Source: a virus. From it: DNA of 47,516 nucleotides. The notes under the pieces are model-generated. The model saw nothing but the letters and a program-made list of their open reading frames with translations. It had not been told where the DNA came from and did not search any database. Shown one piece after another: positions 42,984 through 47,516 of this stretch. The stretch is from IMG/VR virus record IMGVR_UViG_3300005607_000005, positions 1 through 47,516 of that record; one strand, given 5' to 3'. Within the stretch, counting starts at the first letter, position 1, and the number at the start of each line of letters is the position of its first letter. The position numbers and the translations under genes were made by a program.

Positions 42984-43863
42984 GGTCTTTCTCCTTGGTT
43001 AGAATCCTCATGTCGTAGTAGGTCGTCTCCGGAACGCGGTATTCGCGCCGGGTAATCTGGCGCCGGCGAATGTATCTCCCATCTTTGAGATGGCCTTCGC
43101 AGGCGTGGCCCATCTTCTCGATGAGCTGGGCCTTGAGCGTTTGCCGCTGCAGCTCGAGCGCCGCGATGTCGAGGCCCAGCTGTTGGTAGGCATCCACGAG
43201 CTTTTCGCCCTGTTCGTCCAGCCAAACGACTTGCCCTGGCTGGGGATGGTAGAGCAGCTGCAGCAACTCCAGATTGCTGGACTCCCAGCCGATGGTGTCC
43301 TTGCGCTGGACCTTTTCCCAGAACCACTTGAGCTGCTCCTCCAGGGCCGCGCAGAAATGCGGCAGGTAGTTCACCGAGTACACGCGGAACTCGCTGCCGC
43401 CGATGAGCACGGCGACATCGGCTCGCTCGTCGAGCCCATGCGCCCGGCCGACGTGAAGCTGGTGCTGCACCTGGACGGCGTAATGCTCGGGAATCTCATC
43501 GGTGCCCGGCCGGCCCCAGCCCTCGCCGGTGCGGGAGTTCTTCAGCTCAACGATGCGCTGGCCGGCGACGACGCGGTCTAGACTGGCGAACATCCACGGC
43601 GCTTGCGGATGCCAGAGGATGGCCGCCGGCGGCGCCTCGGCCTGCAGTCCGGTCTCCTCGGTGTAGGCCGCCGCGATGGTTTCCTCGAGCTTGAGGCCCC
43701 AGCGCAGGGCCGCGCTGTCGCGTGCCGGCAGCAGGCCCCACTTATCTAGGGCGACTTCCAGCGCGGTCTTGTAGGGGTCCAGCCCGAGCACTGCGGCCGC
43801 CTCCGAGCTGCCCAGGCCCGCCTTGCGTTCGGCCAGCCAGCTTTGCCGTTCCGTCGCCTTCAT
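42961..43863 (-). CDS. YqaJ-like / lambda Exo-type recombination exonuclease
   Basis: 300-aa ORF. RQSWLAERKAGLGSSEAAAVLGLDPYKTALEV plus later D/E/K-type motifs (ASLDRVV...IVELKNS). Confidence 0.8.
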   Translation of the reverse strand: MKATERQSWLAERKAGLGSSEAAAVLGLDPYKTALEVALDKWGLLPARDSAALRWGLKLEETIAAAYTEETGLQAEAPPAAILWHPQAPWMFASLDRVVAGQRIVELKNSRTGEGWGRPGTDEIPEHYAVQVQHQLHVGRAHGLDERADVAVLIGGSEFRVYSVNYLPHFCAALEEQLKWFWEKVQRKDTIGWESSNLELLQLLYHPQPGQVVWLDEQGEKLVDAYQQLGLDIAALELQRQTLKAQLIEKMGHACEGHLKDGRYIRRRQITRREYRVPETTYYDMRILTKEKDHVRHRAN

Positions 43864-43877
43864 GGCATTCCTCCTGT

Positions 43878-44312
43878 TCAGGCTGCCTTTGCATTCTCGG
43901 CTTCAAATCCCTGAATTCCGAGCGACTGCATTTTCACGATCAATTGCCGCTCGATCTCCTCAGGAATGTACTTTCTAAAGCATCGCCAACTCTTATCGGT
44001 CACTGGATGAAACATGCGATTGGACTTAGGTTTTAGCTTGTGAATGAACACTTGTTCGATGGCTTGTCTTGTCGCTTTTGCCCAGGCCGAGTTACTCTGA
44101 AGTTCTTTTGGAAGGATCAGGTAAACAACTTGATCAACCACACCATGATGGTTGAGAAATTCATGAGACCCCATTCTCCTTCTGAAGTTCAGAGTCTCGC
44201 CGATGTAAATCAAAGAGTCTCTGCAAAGCATGAAATAAATGCAGGGAAAATCTCTCTCTACAATCCATGTTCCGATCTCTTTCATGTTTCTGATCCTCTT
44301 ATCAAGCCACAT
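43878..44312 (-). CDS. GIY-YIG nuclease domain protein (free-standing homing-endonuclease-like)
   Basis: ORF frame 43878-44348; ATG at 44312 (or 44285). CIYFMLCRDSLIYIGETLNFRRRMGSH is a GIY-YIG motif. The gene is visibly AT-richer than its neighbours. Confidence 0.7.
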   Translation of the reverse strand: MWLDKRIRNMKEIGTWIVERDFPCIYFMLCRDSLIYIGETLNFRRRMGSHEFLNHHGVVDQVVYLILPKELQSNSAWAKATRQAIEQVFIHKLKPKSNRMFHPVTDKSWRCFRKYIPEEIERQLIVKMQSLGIQGFEAENAKAA

Positions 44313-44505
44313 GGCGCGTCTCGGCGTCGAAGTGGATGTCACTCTCAATGGCCAGAACCCGCGCCAGACCGGGCATCCTCTCGACGACCCGCTTCACGGC
44401 GGCTTCGCAGCGCTCCTTCTGGAGCCAGAGATAGCCGTCCAGCAGGTTCAACTCGTTGGGGCTAGGCCCGAGGATGCGGGCCTTGATGACGACGGTATAG
44501 TTCAC
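44302..44505 (-). CDS. Hypothetical protein
   Basis: 67-aa ORF. Confidence 0.4.
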   Translation of the reverse strand: MNYTVVIKARILGPSPNELNLLDGYLWLQKERCEAAVKRVVERMPGLARVLAIESDIHFDAETRHVA

Positions 44506-44532
44506 AGCCTCCTCCTGTTCCGTGGGTGACGT

Positions 44533-44832
44533 TTACCTCAGCCAACTCGGCACAGAGTGCGAGCGGGCCTCGACCAGGTCCTCGACCTCCTCCAGGAATT
44601 CCTCGGGCACGCGCTGCACATCGGGCACCTGACGGCCGCCGACCTCCCGATAGCGTGTCTGGGTGACGACCATCTCGCCAGGACCGTAGCGGCGCCGCCA
44701 CTCCAGGCTGAGCCGCCGGGCCAGCCGCGACGCCTGGCGCAAGGAGCGGGCCTCGCCAATCTTGACCCAGCCGGCCACGGGTTCATCCTTGCTCTCATCC
44801 CAACCCCCCAGCGCGTAATACACCTCCAGCAT
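44533..44832 (-). CDS. Hypothetical protein
   Basis: ORF frame 44533-44997, trimmed to ATG at 44832 (MLEVYYALGGWDESKDEPVAGWVKIGEARS...). The upstream part of the frame runs through the structured non-coding region. Confidence 0.45.
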   Translation of the reverse strand: MLEVYYALGGWDESKDEPVAGWVKIGEARSLRQASRLARRLSLEWRRRYGPGEMVVTQTRYREVGGRQVPDVQRVPEEFLEEVEDLVEARSHSVPSWLR

Positions 44833-44901
44833 GACTTGTCCTCGCTGGTCGCGGTGGCCACTAACCGAGCCACCAATGGAGCCGCCCCTCGCTGAGCAGC
44901 A

Positions 44902-45047
44902 GTCCCGGCGGGGGGACTCGAACCCCTGAGATCGCTCCGTGACGCCGTCCTTCAACTCACCCTGTTGGCGCGCAACCGATACGGAGTAGCGCTGCAACTA
45001 CCGGCTGCAGGGAGAGCCTAACGACCGCGCCGCATCGTCCGCCGGGA
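44902..45047 (-). ncRNA. Candidate structured RNA of about 146 nt with a tRNA-like acceptor/T-arm module
   Basis: Minus strand: 5' TCCCGGCGG (45047-45039) pairs with CCGCCGGGA at the 3' end. That 3' strand is preceded by GGGG-TTCGAGT-CCCC, a canonical T-loop. Internal helices CTCCGT/ACGGAG and GTTG-CGCGC-CAAC. Fills the intergenic gap between the HTH gene and the next ORF. Too long and irregular for a normal tRNA. Confidence 0.3.
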
Positions 45048-45052
45048 ACCGG

Positions 45053-45295
45053 TCAGGAAACCAGTCCCGCCAGCCATTCCGGTCGCACACCCAGGACCTC
45101 GGCCAGGCGCTTGACCAGGCTGGGCGTGGGCAGCTTGCGGCCGGCGGACAAATCATCCAGCAGCTGCCGCGAGGTGCCGGCCAGGCGGGCCACGTCCCGG
45201 ATGCGCAGGTTCCGAACGTGACGGCCGTGCAGGAACCGGCGGCGGAAGATTCGCGGCTCGATGGTCTTGCAAGTCTCGGGAGCAGGTTGCATCAT
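45053..45295 (-). CDS. XRE/Cro-type helix-turn-helix transcriptional regulator
   Basis: 80-aa ORF. LRIRDVARLAGTSRQLLDDLSAGRKLPTPSLVKRLAEVLGVRPEWL is a classic HTH_3 pattern. Confidence 0.7.
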   Translation of the reverse strand: MMQPAPETCKTIEPRIFRRRFLHGRHVRNLRIRDVARLAGTSRQLLDDLSAGRKLPTPSLVKRLAEVLGVRPEWLAGLVS

Positions 45296-45367
45296 AGGTT
45301 AACCCTTCTCGTTGATGGGTGATGGACGGCTTTCGGTTTCTGCGGCCGGCGGTTTCCTGGGTAGGGA

Positions 45368-45751
45368 CTATCCGTAAGCCCGCCGGCCGCTTTTCTTCTT
45401 CTGCCCCTTCTTCAGCTCCTTCTGAAACTCCTCCAGCTGCTGGGCGGCCAGACGCTCGAAGTTGCTGGGCACCGGTTGCTGGGGCGCGAGTTGACCCTGC
45501 AAGCGCGCAAAGAATCGCGCCAGGGCCGGACGGCTCGACCACCAGGCCCGATCAGGACCATAAAAGCCTTCCAGGTAAATGACCTCCCCTGCGCGGCCGC
45601 GCTTGCCCTGGCGAATCCAGCGCCGCAGCGTGTTGGCATCGCGGCGGGCGCCGCGAATGGGCGGCAGCACCTTGGCCAGCCGCGTGATGGGTTCGACTTG
45701 TTCCTCGTTGAGCAGCGCCAGGGTCTGGGCTGCGAGGGTTTCCGTGTTCAT
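45368..45751 (-). CDS. DNA-binding (HTH) protein, excisionase/DUF1580-like
   Basis: 127-aa ORF. ITRLAKVLPPIRGARRDANTLRRWIRQGKRGRAGEVIYLEGFYGPDRAWWSSRPALARF. Confidence 0.5.
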   Translation of the reverse strand: MNTETLAAQTLALLNEEQVEPITRLAKVLPPIRGARRDANTLRRWIRQGKRGRAGEVIYLEGFYGPDRAWWSSRPALARFFARLQGQLAPQQPVPSNFERLAAQQLEEFQKELKKGQKKKSGRRAYG

Positions 45752-45769
45752 GGCGGTCTCTTCTCGGTC

Positions 45770-45994
45770 TCAGAAAGGGATGCGCTCGTACCCGCAGTGC
45801 GGGCAGTAGTTGTAGTTCCAATGAATGTCTCGATGGCAACTCTCGCAGAGAACCTGCTGCGTTGGCTCTGCGTTCGCTGGGGGCTCCGGAAAACTCAGCG
45901 CTTGTTGGCGGTCACGCAACCGGCGGCGCTCGAGTGCAATGCTGGCTAGCACGGCCACGAGGAAAAAAGCTCCCACGACCAGGACGATCTCCAT
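45770..45994 (-). CDS. Small TM plus zinc-ribbon protein
   Basis: ATG at 45994 within ORF frame 45770-46228: MEIVLVVGAFFLVAVLASIAL...CESCHRDIHWNYNYCPHCG. Confidence 0.5.
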   Translation of the reverse strand: MEIVLVVGAFFLVAVLASIALERRRLRDRQQALSFPEPPANAEPTQQVLCESCHRDIHWNYNYCPHCGYERIPF

Positions 45995-45995
45995 G

Positions 45996-46292
45996 TCAGG
46001 CTCCTTGTTCTGGCGACCTGGCCCGGCGCCGGAAGCGTGCCGGGTTGGCGATGCGGCAGGTCGGGCAGCCGCAGTAATCAATCTTCTCGCGGAGGAGCAC
46101 CGTGGCCGCGGCCAAGGCCTCCGCCTGCGTCCAGTAAAAGCCCGTCTCATAACGCAACCGGCGATTGGGCGGCCCGGAGCAATGCTCTTCGAGCACCATA
46201 CCGACAAAGGGCGGCTCCTCCGGCCCATGCCGCTCCACGATCTGGCGGCTGAGGACCGTGTGCCTAAGCGAAAAATCTTTATGAGGCGTCAT
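45996..46292 (-). CDS. Hypothetical protein
   Basis: ORF frame 45996-46307; ATG at 46292 (MTPHKDFSLRH...). Confidence 0.4.
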   Translation of the reverse strand: MTPHKDFSLRHTVLSRQIVERHGPEEPPFVGMVLEEHCSGPPNRRLRYETGFYWTQAEALAAATVLLREKIDYCGCPTCRIANPARFRRRARSPEQGA

Positions 46293-46443
46293 CGTCTCTC
46301 CCCTCACGCAGGCAGCATTCGGCGATGAAAGCCAGATCCTCCAACTCCAGGCGCAGATTCAGGGGAAAGGAGTAGTCGATCAAGCAGCGCCGCAAGCGCC
46401 GGCGGATTTCCTCCAGCGCCTCCAGCAAGTCCTGCTGCTTCAT
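46279..46443 (-). CDS. Small hypothetical helical protein
   Basis: ATG at 46443 overlaps the upstream stop (ATGA): MKQQDLLEALEEIRRRLRRCLIDYS.... Confidence 0.4.
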   Translation of the reverse strand: MKQQDLLEALEEIRRRLRRCLIDYSFPLNLRLELEDLAFIAECCLREGRDDDAS

Positions 46444-46727
46444 GCGCATACCTCCCGCGGCCCCGTGTCCAGCAGCCACCGTTGGTCCTTGCAGATAGGG
46501 CATTCCAGCTTGAAATACTTGCCGTAGTGGCAGGTGCCGCACTTCAGGCAGGTCTCCTCGGGGCCGCCGATGTGCTTGTGGCGCACGAAGCGGCGCAGGA
46601 CCGTGAAGTCGGTGTGCAGGCAGTGGTGGCAGGGCCGCAGGCGCTTGTTGAAGCAGGCTACGCAGTAGGCGGATTTGCCTTGCAGGCTCGTGTGACAGTC
46701 GTGGCAGTGCACTCCGAGATTCGCCAT
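46440..46727 (-). CDS. Cys/His-rich zinc-finger protein
   Basis: 95-aa ORF with CHDCH, CVAC, CHHC, CLKCGTC and CPIC pairs. Confidence 0.55.
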   Translation of the reverse strand: MANLGVHCHDCHTSLQGKSAYCVACFNKRLRPCHHCLHTDFTVLRRFVRHKHIGGPEETCLKCGTCHYGKYFKLECPICKDQRWLLDTGPREVCA

Positions 46728-46739
46728 CGCTTGTCCTCC

Positions 46740-47018
46740 TTAGGCGGAACGCTGGCGCGCCTTCGTCGTGGTCGTGGTAGCCCCCACCTGGCCCAGCCGA
46801 CGCAGGCTGTTGCGCACGAGCCAGGTGTTGATCCAGTTGCGGCCGGCCAGGCAGGCGATGCGGGCCTGCTCGCTGGGGATCAAGCCTTCGGCCACGTCCG
46901 GCATCAGGGCCGCCGAGTAGGCGGCGAAGGCCTCCAGGCTTTCCACCGGGCCGGCGTGGCTCAGGATGCGCGGCTTGTGCAAGCCCGGAACACTTCGGTC
47001 AGCTTCCTTGCGACGCAT
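46740..47018 (-). CDS. Hypothetical protein
   Basis: ATG at 47018 within ORF frame 46740-47348 (MRRKEADRSVPGLHKPRILSH...). Confidence 0.4.
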   Translation of the reverse strand: MRRKEADRSVPGLHKPRILSHAGPVESLEAFAAYSAALMPDVAEGLIPSEQARIACLAGRNWINTWLVRNSLRRLGQVGATTTTTKARQRSA

Positions 47019-47275
47019 AGGATCTCCTTTCGTTCTTGCTTGGCCTTCTTGCGGAAGGCGAAATAACAGGCTTGGTTGCAATAGGGCCGCGGACGATGCG
47101 GCACCTGCCAGATGGCTCGGGCACAATGACCACAGTTGCGCCACCAGCCCTTGACCTTCGCCGCCCACTGGCAGGCCTCGGAGCAGTACACGCGGACGTA
47201 ACAGCGCCGGTAGTAGAAGTCCCGGCTGCACTGCGGGCAGGTGAATCGCTTCAGGGGCAGGGGCGGACGGCTCAT
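46961..47275 (-). CDS. Cys-rich zinc-finger protein, first gene of the early minus-strand operon
   Basis: 104-aa ORF. ATG at 47275 is preceded by GGAAGGAGACCAACG. CPQC...CSEAC...CGHC...CNQAC. Confidence 0.55.
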   Translation of the reverse strand: MSRPPLPLKRFTCPQCSRDFYYRRCYVRVYCSEACQWAAKVKGWWRNCGHCARAIWQVPHRPRPYCNQACYFAFRKKAKQERKEILCVARKLTEVFRACTSRAS

Positions 47276-47329
47276 CGTTGGTCTCCTTCCCTCGCCTCGG
47301 TGCTTGACTCGTACATCTAACGGTGGGGT

Positions 47330-47419
47330 AAGATAATCTGGTGGACATCCACTGTCAATACAAGAAAATCTTTTTTTCTTATTCTAAACTCTTGCAGACA
47401 TACATTAGGCGCTTATACT
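47330..47419. promoter_or_regulatory. AT-rich divergent promoter/operator region
   Basis: Minus strand: TTGACA (47353-47358), 17-nt spacer, TATCTT (47330-47335), upstream of the early operon. Plus strand: TTGCAG (47392-47397), 16-nt spacer, TATACT (47414-47419, equal to 8-13), upstream of the RHH gene. Between them is the inverted repeat aagaaaa(47362-47368)/ttttctt(47374-47380). Sigma70-type consensus is assumed. Confidence 0.4.
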
Positions 47420-47516
47420 TTTTTGATTCATGACTTCCAACTGACATTGCATTGAAGGTGGCATTACGATGTTGCTCATGGCTAAATCTGGACGTAAAGC
47501 AGACCGGCACAAAAAG
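47407..47516. repeat. Second copy of the terminal direct repeat (equal to 1-110)
   Basis: Identical to 1-110. Includes the start of the RHH gene (ATG at 47469). Confidence 0.95.

Noticed and set aside
45029-45040. gccgcatcgtcc, which shares the first 8 nt with the CRISPR repeat.
   Set aside because: An 8-mer match is expected by chance in 47 kb of GC-rich DNA. Only the 12-nt match at 44957-44968 was kept as a finding.
1-47516. Searched the ORF set for cas1/cas2/cas4, reverse transcriptase (DGR/retron), classical toxin-antitoxin pairs and transposases.
   Set aside because: None of the translated ORFs shows the characteristic motifs (no YxDD RT motif, no Cas1-like or DDE patterns seen). The only mobile-type genes are the integrase and the GIY-YIG nuclease.

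Overview
The window is one complete, circularly closed, GC-rich temperate tailed-phage genome or excised prophage with siphovirus-like tail genes. Bases 1-110 are identical to 47407-47516, so the unit length is 47406 bp. The left end (1-3300) is a lysogeny module: an RHH regulator, an Xis-like HTH protein, a tyrosine integrase, and next to it a 3' fragment of a tRNA-Arg(CCG) gene that looks like the attP core. Almost everything else is one long minus-strand gene train running from about 47275 down to about 3400, with many ATGA/GTGA start-stop overlaps. In transcription order it holds: Cys-rich early proteins and HTH regulators; a GIY-YIG nuclease on an AT-richer islet; a YqaJ-like exonuclease plus RecT; a 350-aa TnpB/Cas12-like protein followed by a CRISPR array; a replication initiator plus DnaC-like loader; a PAPS-reductase / deoxyribosyltransferase-like / Gp37-Gp68 cluster; terminase small and large subunits; portal; Mu-F-like protein; scaffold/protease; decoration protein; major capsid; connectors; a large fibre/depolymerase cluster; major tail protein; a G/GT chaperone pair with a canonical A_AAA_AAC -1 slippery site; tape measure; and distal-tail, secreted and membrane accessory proteins. 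The standout is the array at 40195-40754: eight perfectly identical 37-nt repeats and seven 37-41-nt spacers, with no cas1/cas2 visible. It sits inside the early operon, directly downstream of a compact protein whose motif pattern resembles TnpB/Cas12 but seems to lack all three RuvC catalytic residues and the C-terminal Zn-finger/RuvC-III part. This is a candidate phage-encoded, nuclease-dead RNA-guided DNA-binding system. All functional calls come from reading motifs by eye; no database search was possible.
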